Origin: Eledone cirrhosa
Taxonomy: Eukaryota
Direction of reading: 5' to 3'
NCBI GenBank assembly: GCA_964016885.1
Contig: OZ024745.1
Coordinates: 23,870,001-23,934,000, forward strand
DNA: 64,000 bases
The position numbers and the translations under genes were made by a program. Below, piece after piece: positions 24,717 to 37,088 of the stretch. The notes under the pieces were generated by a model. The model saw only the letters and a list, made by a program, of their open reading frames with translations, did not search any database and was not told the DNA's origin. Position 1 is the first letter of the stretch. Each line of letters starts with the position of its first letter.

Positions 24717-26735
24717 ACGAAGGAAATGTGGTAAGGAACCAGGTGGACCATAACGCACCAAAGTACTCAATACTTGAGGTAGTAGAGTGGGTAATAGGAA
24801 CCAGTAAGACCCCGACAGCTGAGCTCAAGCCGTTTCGACGGCTAATTCTCATGAATTCTCATGAATTCTCATGAATTCTCATGAATTAGCCGTCGAAACG
24901 GCTTGAGCTCAGCTGTCGGGGTCTTACTGGTTCCTATATATATATATATATTTATTTATATATAGTGAGAGAGAGAGAAAGAGAGAGAGAGAGAGCGCGG
25001 GAGAGAGAGAGACCAAGAGAGGGAGAAGTGGCTATGAAGCAACAAGCAACCTAAGCAGTCTTCCTAACCAGTCTTACAGGTCTATATGTTGTATATGTTG
25101 GACAAGAGGGAACTGTGGCAGTGATGGATGGCTTGGTAGGCGACGGCTACAGGTGACAGATCATATTTAGTTTCCTATCTGACAATACTAATGTGATTGG
25201 AATGGATTGTCGTGGTCAGCACTATCGTGGTGGTGGTGGTTGGAGGTGGTGGTGGTGGTGGTGGTGGTGGTGGTGGTGGCGGTGGTGGTGGTGGTGGTGG
25301 CGGTGGTGGTGGTTGGAGGTGGTGGTGGTGGTGGTGGTGGTGGTGGTGGTTGGTGGTGGTGGTGGTGGTGGTGGTGGTAGTGGTGGTGGTGGTGGTGGTG
25401 GTGGTGGTGGTGGTGGTGGTGGTGGTGGTGGTGGTGGTGGTGGCGGTGGTGGTGGTTGGAGGTGGTGGTGGTGGTGGTGGTGGTGGTGGTGGTGGTGGTT
25501 GGTGGTGGTGGTGGTGGTGGTGGTGGTGGTGGTGGTGGTGGTGGTGGTGGTGGTGGTGGTTGGAGATGGTGGTGGTGGTGGTTGGAGGTGGTGGTGGTTG
25601 GAGGTGGTGGTGGTGGTGGTGGTGGTTGGAGGTGGTGGTGGTGGTGGTGGTGGTTGGAGGTGGTGGTGGTGGTGGTTGGAGGTGGTGGTGGTTGGAGGTG
25701 GTGGTGGTGGTGGTGGTGGTGGTGGTTGGAGGTGGTGGTGGTGGTGGTGGTGGTGGTTGGAGGTGGTAGTGGTGGTGGTGGTGGTGGTGGTGGTTGGAGA
25801 TGGTGGTGGTGGTGGTTGGAGGTGGTGGTGGTTGGAGGTGGTGGTGGTGGTGGTGGTGGTTGGAGGTGGTGGTGGTGGTGGTGGTGGTGGTGGTAGGAGG
25901 TGGTGGTGGTGGAGGTGGTGGTGGTAGTGATTGTGGTGGTGGTGGTGGTGGTGGTGGTGGTGGTGGTGGTGGTGGTGGTGGTGGTGGTGGTTGGAGATGG
26001 TGGTGGTGGTGATTGGAGGTGGTGGTGGTGGTGATGGTGGTTGATGACTGTGGTGGTGGCTGGTGGTGGTGGTGGTGGGGGTAGTGGTGGTGATGTTGGT
26101 TGATGACTGTGGTGGTGGCTGGTGGTAGTGGTGGTGGTCGTGGTGGTAGTGGTGGTGGTGGTGGTGGTGGTGGTGGTGGTGGTGGTGGTAGTGGTGGTGG
26201 TGGTGGTGGTGGTGGTTGTGGTGGTGGTGGTGGTAGTGGTGGTGGTGGTGGTGGTGGCTGGTGGTAGTGGTGGTGGGGGTAGTGGTGGTGATGTTGGTTG
26301 ATGACTGTGGTGGTGGCTGGTGGTAGTGGTGGTGGTGGTGGTAGTGGTGGTGGTGGTGGTGGTGGTTGTGGTGGTGGTGGTGGTAGTGGTGGTGGTGGTG
26401 GTGGTTGTGGTGGTGGTGGTGGTGGTGGTGGTGGTGGTGGTTGATGACTGTGTTGGTGGCTGGTGGTAGTTGTGGTGGTGGTGGTGGCGTTTGTGGTGGT
26501 GGTGGCGGTAGGGTGTTGGTGGAGATGTTGGTGATGGTGGTTGTGGTGGTGGTGGTGGTGGTTGTCGTGTTGGTGGTGGTGGTAGTGGTAGTGTTGGTGG
26601 TGGTGGTGTCAGCTGTTGTAAAATATATCGATAAACGTGCACGTATACGACAAGTATACATATACACGCAGTTTGTATATATATATATACATATATATAT
26701 ATGCGTATATATATATATACATATATATGTCTGTA

Positions 26736-26827
<92 letters not shown>

Positions 26828-26940
26828 TATATATATACACATACATACTTACACACATAATATAGACGATGCGATGTCAACCGACCATTGGCGATAAGTA
26901 CTCGACCTGTTTGAGTGTCCTTGAAACTAATTGTGACATG

Positions 26941-27105
<165 letters not shown>

Positions 27106-27107
27106 AA

Positions 27108-27159
<52 letters not shown>

Positions 27160-27172
27160 GTATATATATTAT

Positions 27173-27265
<93 letters not shown>

Positions 27266-27299
27266 ATATATAGATATACATCTACCTATCTATCTATAT

Positions 27300-27347
<48 letters not shown>

Positions 27348-27396
27348 GAAATATATGAAATATATAAGAATCAAAGAACTGTTCAAAACATTATTG

Positions 27397-27443
27397 TGCT
27401 TACAGCTGTTTCCTCCAAACCGAGGTTTGGATTCTTCGGAGCA
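27397..27443 (-). ncRNA. Hammerhead, CCGANGA core variant
   Basis: TGCT-CCGAAGA-aTCCAAACC-tc-GGTTTGGAg-GAAA-CAGCTG-TA-AGCA. Confidence 0.8.
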
Positions 27444-29030
27444 ATTTATTAATGCATGGACAGTTATATGACCTCCTTTTCAGCCGAGAGACATACCGAT
27501 ACATATTCAAACATTGTGGGTCAACATTCATTACAGAATTTAGAGTGGCAGTACACACTTCGAGATTACATTTATATTAAGAGGTACAATCAAAAATCAA
27601 AATACAGGTTAAAATACAACATGTAGATAAGCGGTTATATAGTGCAAATGTTATATGTGTGGCACGCATGTGCGTCTTGTCTATATAGTGTGGCAGAGAG
27701 ATATGTGTGGTAGAGGCACTTAGGTAGGTAAACAAGAGTGTTAGGTTGGTAGATCTGGTGGCAAATTCTTTATATGATTAATATAGTCTGTGTGTGGAGA
27801 AATATTATAAGCATTAAAAATAGTGCAAGCATTAAAAGTGTTAAAAGTATTGGAGATGCACAGCGCAGGGGAGTCAAGTATTTCATGTACTTCGGCATTT
27901 TCATGGTCAGGGGAGTGTATTTTTCGATTATATGCCCTTCACATAATCCACGACAATCCAGTTAGAGATCGTAGTCTGGTGTTCTTTAGTTCAATACAGG
28001 AGACTGTTACGTTTCGAGAAACGCCATTGAATACCGCCCGGAAGTGTGTGTGTGACTAAGGGGAGTTAATGCATGCGGGGAGGTAACTCTGGGGTTTCTA
28101 TACCTAGCTATTAAAATGTGTCCCAATATAGACCCTAATTTCTATGGTGATGCGCATCCTCCAAGAGAAATTTTTAAAGCATAAAGTGTATTAACTATAG
28201 AGTAGTTTAATTAAGTTATGCTGAAGGTGATCATATTATTATGGTGGATTAACCCATCTTAAGGTGCTACAAATGGAAATTATAGATGATGAGCGAGGAT
28301 TCTAAATAATGATCTCTGTGGTCGTAGTCTACTCATAGGACCAGGCGCGGTGATTGCAGGATTGCTTCAGGACCCAATGATCTCTGGTAAGATCTGGGTC
28401 ATCGCTTGCTACATTGGATGTCGAGAGATAATCATCCCCAGGCCGGCCAGAGGTCAATCTGCAGTCCTCGCGACCCCTCTCTGACCGTCAGATCATCCAT
28501 ATATGTACAACCCGCACGGCTGTTGCAATGCATTCACTCACTGCGCTCAGCAGCCCGGTCCTACTGGTCAACAGCGTTACTAGATTAAAACATTTTTCAT
28601 CTGTCTAAAGAAGGTGTTTCCTCTGCACAACACTATCCAACCGATCAATTCATGCTCAAATTACCCTTAGAGCGGTGTAGTGCCGTTCAAGTGGGTGGAT
28701 GTTGTCACACCTGACGTAGAGGTATAAATGGGTATTCTCCCTGCGAAGGGTTCCAGAGGGATGTCGTTGTTTGTGTTATAATAGATCAGTTAGTGTTGGG
28801 TATGTAGTATAAGGTGTGTCTCTGGTGTTTGATGCTAGATGTGGTGTTAGGTTCCAGTCCGACATTCCTATATATTGGGCTTAAAGTTTTGGAAGGAATG
28901 TCTGAAGCGGTGCTGGCAAGTTGCAAACACCTCAGATTTTTTGTTAAGTAGGTTACGGTTGGAGAAGATAATATTGTGTGTCTCTAGTATACAGAGGTTA
29001 CAAAATTTAACTGTCCATGCATTAATAAAT

Positions 29031-29077
29031 TGCTCCGAAGAATCCAAACCTCGGTTTGGGTGAAACAGCTGTAAGCA
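29031..29077 (+). ncRNA. Hammerhead, CCGANGA core variant
   Basis: TGCT-CCGAAGA-ATCCAAACC-tc-GGTTTGGGT-GAAA-CAGCTG-TA-AGCA. Confidence 0.8.
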
Positions 29078-29278
29078 CAATAATGTTTTGAACAGTTCTT
29101 TGATTCTTATATTTCATATAACTGCTCTGTAAATCATCTGATGTTTTTACATTGAGCTACTTAACTTACTGGTAATAAGGTAGTAATACATTACTGGCTA
29201 CCACTATTTAGGGTGTGTGTAAAATACTTATAACTGCATAAGGTTTTGTATTTACATAACCATAAATAGTATAACTAA

Positions 29279-29405
<127 letters not shown>

Positions 29406-29712
29406 ATCCGTAATACCAGATGTTGTCGTATGGATACCGTAGTGACATACCATACGGTGTTTCATGGACACTTTAAATCGTATCCTCTCCAGGACTTCTG
29501 AATATGGCTGATTTATTCCAGAGACGGAGAGAGAGAGCGAGCGAGAGGGAGAGAGAGAGAGAGTCTGAGAGAGAATGAGCGAGAAAGAGTGATAGAGAGA
29601 AGGGGAGACTGAGTGTAATAGAAAGAAAGTGACAAACAGATTTAAAGGAATAACGGAGCCCATAGGGTTAAAATCTATATATGCATAAATACACACACAT
29701 ACACACGCGCAA

Positions 29713-29766
<54 letters not shown>

Positions 29767-29796
29767 ACATACAGACACACATACACACACACACAT

Positions 29797-29868
<72 letters not shown>

Positions 29869-30027
29869 ATATGTATATATACACATATACATACATACAC
29901 ACACACATATACGTATACATATACATACATATAAATGTATGTAAAAGGTAAACAGAAATAACAACACAATCGGTACAGTATATGGAAGGGATATATTAGG
30001 TTAACGCTTGATATAGCAGGAAGAGGG

Positions 30028-30063
30028 TCTTAACGTTTCGGACGCTAGTCCTTCATCAGAAGA
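30028..30063 (-). ncRNA. Minimal 36-nt hammerhead
   Basis: TCTT-CTGATGA-a-GGAC-tagc-GTCC-GAAA-CG-TT-AAGA; stem III is reduced to the AACGTT palindrome. Confidence 0.75.
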
Positions 30064-30262
30064 AAGAATGATAGATTGGGGGGACGGGTGGGTTGGAATT
30101 GGAAAACATGTCTTTAGATAAAAATAACAGGTCCATTCAGTATGACATCTTTTACAAAACTGTTGGTGCTGGCGTTTTACATATAAATATACATACATAC
30201 ATAATGGCTGCCCCCTCGTTATTGAGTATGGCCATTGCACGATATATCATTATTAATAATTA

Positions 30263-30567
30263 TTAATTAATTATTTCTACTTTTGGCACAAGGCCAGCAA
30301 TTAAATCAGTGCATTGCAAGTACTTTATTTTATCGACCCCACTGGGTAATTGCTGGCCTTGTGCCTAAAGTAGAAACAATTAATTAATTATTTCTACTTT
30401 TGGCACAAGGCCAGCAATTAAATCAGTGCATTACAAGTACTTTATTTTATCGACCCCGTTAGGATGAAGGGCGGAGTTGGACTCGGTGGCATTTGAACTC
30501 AGAACGTAAAGGGCCATAACTCTATGCTGTAAAGCATGCTCTCTGACGCTCTACCGATGCTGCCAAT
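30263..30567 (-). mobile_element. SINE family B with duplicated 3' part
   Basis: Head TTGGCAGCATCGGTAGAGCG..TGAGTTCAAATGCC; the 3' segment TTATTTCTACTTTTGGCACAAGGCC.. is present twice, 119 bp apart. Confidence 0.8.
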
Positions 30568-30719
30568 TAATGCTATCGTGCAATGCCTGTGCGTGAAAAT
30601 ATTTTTTTAAATGAGGAAAGACTGTGCACTGAGCCAATCCCACTCGCTGAGCAACAGTAGCTATAACCCGAAAAGAAGAAAATATCAACATCATCAGTAA
30701 CTTCTGAGCCGCAGATTTT

Positions 30720-31308
30720 ATGTCGGAGTTATCTCAGTTCCCTGAGTGTCAGGTTTTGTATTTTGTCCTGCAGGATGTCCAAAATCACCCTCCTCGCCAA
30801 GTAGAATTGGTGGGGTTGCCGGTTTAGTCACTGACGAGCGGACCATGCGACAGGTTGTACTGGGTTTCATGTTACCACGAGAGTGACCCGTCCATACATA
30901 CATATATACATACATACATACATGGTGGCTGCCAACTCGTTTTCGAGTACGGCCACTACTTTATATCCATGCAGGAGAACCCCTACCGATGCGTTGAATG
31001 AGTGTGACTTTCTAGTCCAGCGACTTGAAAACTCTGGTACAAACACTACATTTGTGACAAATATTGACACATAGTGCTGGGCCCATGGTACCATGTGACG
31101 ACAAGTGCAGAGAGATCTCCAGATATAAAGCAATGCCTGTGAGCAAAGGCACTGCACAAAGCCAGTCCCACTCTCTTAACCAAGGTGATATTTACCAAAA
31201 AGAAGAACAAGTCAACATCATTGGATACCATCAGGGTTGCAGGTGTTATATCAGAGTTTTCCTTCTCCTAGAATTCTGCCTTGACAAAGGCTAAGGGGTC
31301 ATCTCTCC
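30720..31308 (-). mobile_element. Fragments of a non-autonomous bipartite RTE-type element
   Basis: 30921-31308 and ~30750-30890 match 41371-41979. Confidence 0.75.
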
Positions 31309-31324
31309 CACATACATACATACA

Positions 31325-31386
<62 letters not shown>

Positions 31387-31418
31387 CATACATACATACA
31401 TACATACATACATACATA

Positions 31419-34400
31419 ATCGGACGTGTGTAATTACGGCTTACATGAAGGCAACATACCATATATTGGAAAAAGTTGAGCTACATTACGCGGTAAGATT
31501 ACATACAATAATTCTACATAAATGTTTGAACTGTGGGTATGTTGTAAAACACCTATTTATATGAACGATACATACACTTATGATATATGAACGATACATA
31601 CACTTTAACATATAAATGCAACGTTGTTATATTACATTTATAAAGAAATATTGCATTTATATAAAACACAGTTGTAGAATTAAAAACTAACTGAAAAGAA
31701 ATATTACTCAAGCTGTGAATAACTTTAAATTTGATTCTGACAGAACTTTGTCGTAACTTTTAAAGAAGATCATCGACTATTTTGAAAAATAAATACGAAA
31801 TATTAGTGAATAGACGAACTCATCATGGCAAAAAGTACAAGTCTCCTTCGACCAAATCGCAATTACAACCGTTGTACACAGTGGACCTACGAGTTTAACA
31901 AGGTATTATATGAAGCATACAAACAATCTGAACCCCAAAAGTTCGGTTTTATGCAAAGGCTAAAAACTTTATGGAACTCCAAACACCCAGAATTAGACTT
32001 TTCTCCAAAGCATTTAAATGAACAGGCAAAACGTATCATTAGATGTAAATTGATACATCTAACGGAATCGAGTGATACTACAAATACAGCCCTTGTAGAC
32101 AACCACCCCACCTCCACTGACAGACAAAGAGAATGGCCGGCTAAATCTAACAGTGAACAGCTCACCAACAATTTTGCTGAAATTCATCCCACTTCCACTG
32201 AAGAACAGCGAGAAAGGTCAGCTGACTCTAGTAGTAATTGTCACCACATCAACAACGAGGCTGAAATTCATGACTCTACTGAACAAACAGAGCACCAAAA
32301 ACTTGTGGGCTCCCTACAAGTGATATGGAATGATATGTTTCAAGAGATACACAGCCTTAATGTGAGTGACAGACCATACAACACTAGAGTCAGTAAAGAA
32401 CCCACTAAATTGGAATTGGAAGCGGTGAACGAAATAGCTTGCAATTATCTGAAGGCTATACGATCTAAAGGTGTAGAAACGACATTTGAAACGCTTAATG
32501 TTTTGTTATATGTTTCAGCTGTCACATTGCTAGCATATAACACACATCTAAAACCACGCAATCAAGATACAAACAGAAAGCCTGAACCAGCGTGGATGCG
32601 AAATTTAAAAACCAAAATTTTGTCCCTGAGACGAAGTATCTCACACATCGCAGTCGTTATGAAATGCAACATAGAGAGCAACTTCACACAACACCAGGAA
32701 GACCTAAAGAAAAAGTTAGAGAGAAGATTTGGAGATACAAAATTTAAAACTTTGAACTCCAAATTACACCAGTTGAAACAACAACTCACAGCTACAACAG
32801 AAAGACTAAAATATAAGTCAACAGCACATAAACGACAAGTGCTAAATAGATTGTTTGCCAGAGATCCTAAATCAGTTTATCGCAGCTTCGGTGGCAAAAG
32901 CTCAATCTCTGTAAATGACACCCCTTCAAAAGAACAGGTTGAGAGCTACTGGAGACCTGTATGGGAAACGGATGACGGATTCAACAGACAAGCTAATTGG
33001 CTAAAAGAACTGGAACAGGACTACTGCCAACATGTCCAGACAAAACAATATGACATAGATGGGTCAATACTGGAAACAGCTCTACAGAAAATGTCGAATA
33101 GGAAATCGCCAGGCCCAGACCTCATTACAGGATACTGGTTGAAGAATTTCACTTTCTATCGGCAAGATCTCATACGGCTGTTTACAGAAACCATTAAGGG
33201 CACACAAGAACTGCCCAGATGGTTATCAACTGCCTCTACTCTCCTCATTCCCAAAAATAGCCAAACCACCCTTGCTAAAAATTACCGCCCAATTGCCTGC
33301 CAAAACATCATGTATAAATTATATACTGGGTGCCTTAACCTGTTCTTACAGGATCACTGTGCTACCAACAACATCATAACACCTGAGCAAGCTGGTGGAA
33401 AGAGGGAGGTGTGGGGTTGCATAGATCACCTACTAACTAACAAAATGATTCAGGAAAAAACAACAAAGAATCGCAGAAACATGACTGTCGTGTGGCTGGA
33501 CTATCAAAAAGCATTTGATAGTGTACCTCATGGGTGGATTGTTAAGGCTTTACAGTTAGCTAAAGTCCCACAACCATTGGTAGCTGCTGTTGAACGCCTG
33601 ACCAAGAACTGGTACACCAGTTTGATCCTTAGAGGTGAGAAGGAGCAGGTTAGGACTGATAAGATACATTACCAGAAGGGCATCTTTCAGGGTGATAGCT
33701 TGTCGGTGCTACTCTTCGTTCTCTCACTGAATCCACTATCTTACCTACTCAGGAAACAAGGTCGACAAAGAAGTGGGACCAGAAGTATCTCCCATCTTTT
33801 CTTTGTTGATGACCTGAAGTTGTATGGGCCAAATATCAATGACATCAAGAAACAATTGGACCTCATTACACAATTTTCAACCGACATCAAAATGAAATTT
33901 GGTGAGTCCAAGTGTGCATATTTGGCAGTAAAACGTGGAAGAGCTGTGCCCTCCTCTAGAAATCTAGAGATGAACGGCCTGACAATACAACCTCTGCAGT
34001 CAGGTGACAACTACAGATATCTTGGACAGGATGAGAATGTCAGATATGATGGACCCATAAATAAGGAGAAAACCAGAACTGAATACCTCAGAAGAGTAAA
34101 GAAAATATGGTCATCAGAACTGTCAGCTTACAACAAATACATTGCCCACAATACTTATGCTGTGCCAATTCTAACGCCAACATTTGGCCTACTGAACTGG
34201 TCATTGCAAGAACTAAGTGAGATGGATGTTAGAACTCGAAAACTTCTCAGTGTTACTGGGAACTTTAACATCAATGGTGATGTGGATAGGCTATACTTCT
34301 CACGCAAGGAAGGTGGCCGGGGTCTAAAATCAATATTAACAACATATGAGACCCGGATAGTGACACTGAAGCAACACCTTCAACAGAGGAAAAAGGTTGG

Positions 34401-35417
34401 CAACCATCTTGCCCAGGTTTATGACCATGAAAAAAGAAATATCATTAGAATAGCGACTGATCTGGAGGAGAGATATGGAATAAAGCCCGATATAAATCTC
34501 TCACCCAGAGAAATCGGAACATCCTATTCAATATTCAAACAAGAAAAAAAAATTGACCAATTTACAGAAAAAGTTGTGCATGGATACTTGAGGCGTAAAA
34601 CACAGACCATAGAGGGGATAAACCACTCAAAAAGCCTGGCATGGAGTTCCGACAAGTTTATGACATCACACCTTGAGGGATATCTCTATGCAATACAGGA
34701 ACAAGAACTCCCTACCAAATATCTGCTGCACAAAAGAGGAGGGCCAGCAGCTGACAATAAATGTAGGCTATGTAAAACAAAGATCGAGGATGTAAGCCAC
34801 ATTGTTGCCAGCTGCGAAAGAATGTCATCTCGCTACTACCTCCCCATGAGACACGATGGGATAGCTAGAACCATCTGGAACGCACTTCGGAAAACAAAAT
34901 TAACAACAAACGAGGAAGAATATATTGAGACAGATGGCACTAAGGAATACTGGTGGAACCTGAAAATAAAAACTGCCACCAGATTAAAGCACAACCGGCC
35001 TGATATTGTAGTTTGGGACCACACATTGAAAACGTGTTCTGTTGTGGAGATCAGCTGCCCACTTGATGTAAACGTTGTCAGAAAAATACAGGAGAAGGAG
35101 GACATCTACGGACCATTGATGAGGAGTTTACAAATCCAGTATCCAAGATACACCTTTAGCTTCATACCCATCATTATTGGTGCTACGGGTTATATACCAA
35201 CCCGCTTGGACCAAAGTATGACTGAACTTGGATTTGCGGACAAAAAGCGCAGCTCCCTAATTCATAGTCTACAAATGGCTGCGATAGCTGGCACCCTCAA
35301 AATTTGCAAAACATTCTTGCGATTCAAGGGATGACAATTTCTTTTCTTTTACAACCTTGCCACCAGGAAGGTGGCCGGTCAAAAAAATATACTCAAAATT
35401 AAGAGAAAGAGAAAAAA
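31419..35417 (+). mobile_element. Full-length R4/Dong-like RLE non-LTR retrotransposon inserted in (CATA)n
   Basis: Single ORF with ~400-bp 5' UTR and an ~80-bp 3' UTR ending in an A-rich stretch; (CATA)n lies immediately on both sides (31311-31418, 35418-35449). Confidence 0.85.
31825..35334 (+). CDS. Reverse transcriptase + restriction-like endonuclease polyprotein (R4 clade), 1169 aa
   Basis: Myb-like N-terminus (WT..N..LY), KSPGPD, NYRPIAC, DYQKAFDSVPH, GIFQGDSLS, FVDDLKLY, YRYLG, RKEGGRGL, CCHC knuckle CRLC..HIVASC, RHD, RPDIVV..VVE..K..Y; no stops. Confidence 0.95.
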   Translation: MAKSTSLLRPNRNYNRCTQWTYEFNKVLYEAYKQSEPQKFGFMQRLKTLWNSKHPELDFSPKHLNEQAKRIIRCKLIHLTESSDTTNTALVDNHPTSTDRQREWPAKSNSEQLTNNFAEIHPTSTEEQRERSADSSSNCHHINNEAEIHDSTEQTEHQKLVGSLQVIWNDMFQEIHSLNVSDRPYNTRVSKEPTKLELEAVNEIACNYLKAIRSKGVETTFETLNVLLYVSAVTLLAYNTHLKPRNQDTNRKPEPAWMRNLKTKILSLRRSISHIAVVMKCNIESNFTQHQEDLKKKLERRFGDTKFKTLNSKLHQLKQQLTATTERLKYKSTAHKRQVLNRLFARDPKSVYRSFGGKSSISVNDTPSKEQVESYWRPVWETDDGFNRQANWLKELEQDYCQHVQTKQYDIDGSILETALQKMSNRKSPGPDLITGYWLKNFTFYRQDLIRLFTETIKGTQELPRWLSTASTLLIPKNSQTTLAKNYRPIACQNIMYKLYTGCLNLFLQDHCATNNIITPEQAGGKREVWGCIDHLLTNKMIQEKTTKNRRNMTVVWLDYQKAFDSVPHGWIVKALQLAKVPQPLVAAVERLTKNWYTSLILRGEKEQVRTDKIHYQKGIFQGDSLSVLLFVLSLNPLSYLLRKQGRQRSGTRSISHLFFVDDLKLYGPNINDIKKQLDLITQFSTDIKMKFGESKCAYLAVKRGRAVPSSRNLEMNGLTIQPLQSGDNYRYLGQDENVRYDGPINKEKTRTEYLRRVKKIWSSELSAYNKYIAHNTYAVPILTPTFGLLNWSLQELSEMDVRTRKLLSVTGNFNINGDVDRLYFSRKEGGRGLKSILTTYETRIVTLKQHLQQRKKVGNHLAQVYDHEKRNIIRIATDLEERYGIKPDINLSPREIGTSYSIFKQEKKIDQFTEKVVHGYLRRKTQTIEGINHSKSLAWSSDKFMTSHLEGYLYAIQEQELPTKYLLHKRGGPAADNKCRLCKTKIEDVSHIVASCERMSSRYYLPMRHDGIARTIWNALRKTKLTTNEEEYIETDGTKEYWWNLKIKTATRLKHNRPDIVVWDHTLKTCSVVEISCPLDVNVVRKIQEKEDIYGPLMRSLQIQYPRYTFSFIPIIIGATGYIPTRLDQSMTELGFADKKRSSLIHSLQMAAIAGTLKICKTFLRFKG

Positions 35418-35419
35418 CA

Positions 35420-35450
<31 letters not shown>

Positions 35451-35459
35451 TTACATTAC

Positions 35460-35790
35460 TGACGGTGATCTTCTTTGCTTTTTTCCGAGCAGAACACTGT
35501 ACCTTTCATCAATTTGGGATTTACGAAAGAGTCGGGTTTCACTTTTGGTACAGATATCAATATTAAGGATTGCAGATGAGGGCTGATCTTGTTTTAGATT
35601 TGTATCATTGTCCCAGTGAGTTCTAACATTCCAGGAACCAAAGGTTAAATTCTTTATTTTATTTCCAGCACATACTTGGATAATCTGACAGCTGCAGTTG
35701 ACTGCCAGTTCAAAGACTGTCAAGCATTTGTTTAGGGCTACTTTTACCACCCCTTCTCTGTGTAAGGAAAGCAGTGCTACGTCTGAAAAG
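35460..35790 (-). pseudogene. Decayed RTE-type LINE 5' region / AP endonuclease start
   Basis: NKIKNLTFGSWNVRT motif, followed by a degenerate continuation. Confidence 0.55.
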
Positions 35791-36073
35791 ACCTACTTTG
35801 TTACCATCAGAGGACATGCACAGTTCCAATTGTCCATATTTTGTGTATGAACGGCTATCACGTGGTAGTCGCCACCATGTTGAGATCCAGCAAAGTATTT
35901 CCCATAACACCCATTACGTGTCCCCATCTCCTTTGCTCTCTCACCAGTGGTATTTGTGTTAATGGTGGGATATGAACTAGGAGAATACACAGAACTGGTA
36001 GAGCTGTTAAGCTACATTACAAATTACTCCCCACCCACTCCTCTCTCTCTCTACCTCTCTGTCTATATATATA

Positions 36074-36167
<94 letters not shown>

Positions 36168-36312
36168 AGATATCATACACACACCTATATATACGTATGT
36201 TTGCGTGTATGTATGTGTGTGTGTATGTATGTATGTATGTATGTATGTATGTATGTATGTATGTATGTATGTATGTACGTATGTATGTACACGCACACAA
36301 TCATATATATAC

Positions 36313-36420
<108 letters not shown>

Positions 36421-36746
36421 TTGTAAATACGTTTAAGTAGATCGATAAGTAGATAGATGGGCAGGTAAAGTTGTTGGATAATAAATCAATAATTGTAATG
36501 ATTGATTAATTGATTTCCCTTTAATTAGATAATTCAGGCAAGCCTCATCGGATGGCGAGTGTTTTTCTCTGATATTGAACTTCTCTAAAATTCCTTTTAT
36601 TGTCAATATTCCAAGATTATTGAACTAATCAATTATTTCAGGTTTGCAGGCAACTTTACTTTGCAATTTTTCACGATATAATTTTTAAAATCGTAACGGC
36701 TGCCCTGTTAGTTATACGTGTATATGTATATAAATATGAATATATA

Positions 36747-36824
36747 CAGAGTGTCCCCCAAAAATGTATACACACTTCAACAGCATTCTAATAAAAGTGT
36801 GTATACTTTTTTTGGAACACCCTG
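36747..36824. mobile_element. 78-bp Tc1/mariner-type MITE
   Basis: TA|CAGAGTGTCCCCCAAAAATGTATACACACTT...AAGTGTGTATACTTTTTTTGGAACACCCTG|TA; ~30-bp TIRs and TA flanks. Confidence 0.8.
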
Positions 36825-36994
36825 TATATGTATGTATGTATATATATATATAGTTAAATCTTAGACAGGAACAAAATATTAGTTTATTAGGTTTTCGCTT
36901 TTGAGAGTGAGTGTATATATATATATATATATAAGCCTCCTCCACTTCCACCAAGCGTGTACCTAATATATATATATTTATATATATATACATA

Positions 36995-37082
<88 letters not shown>

Positions 37083-37088
<6 letters not shown>

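Larger units (their letters stand above)
27343..29120 (-). mobile_element. 5'-truncated Penelope-like element with long 3' region and inverted terminal copy
   Basis: GIY-YIG C-terminus FCNLCILETHNIIFSNRNLLNKKSEVFATCQHRFRH at 28868-29010 (-). 27343-27466 is an inverted repeat of 29008-29120, and both arms contain an HHR. Confidence 0.8.
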
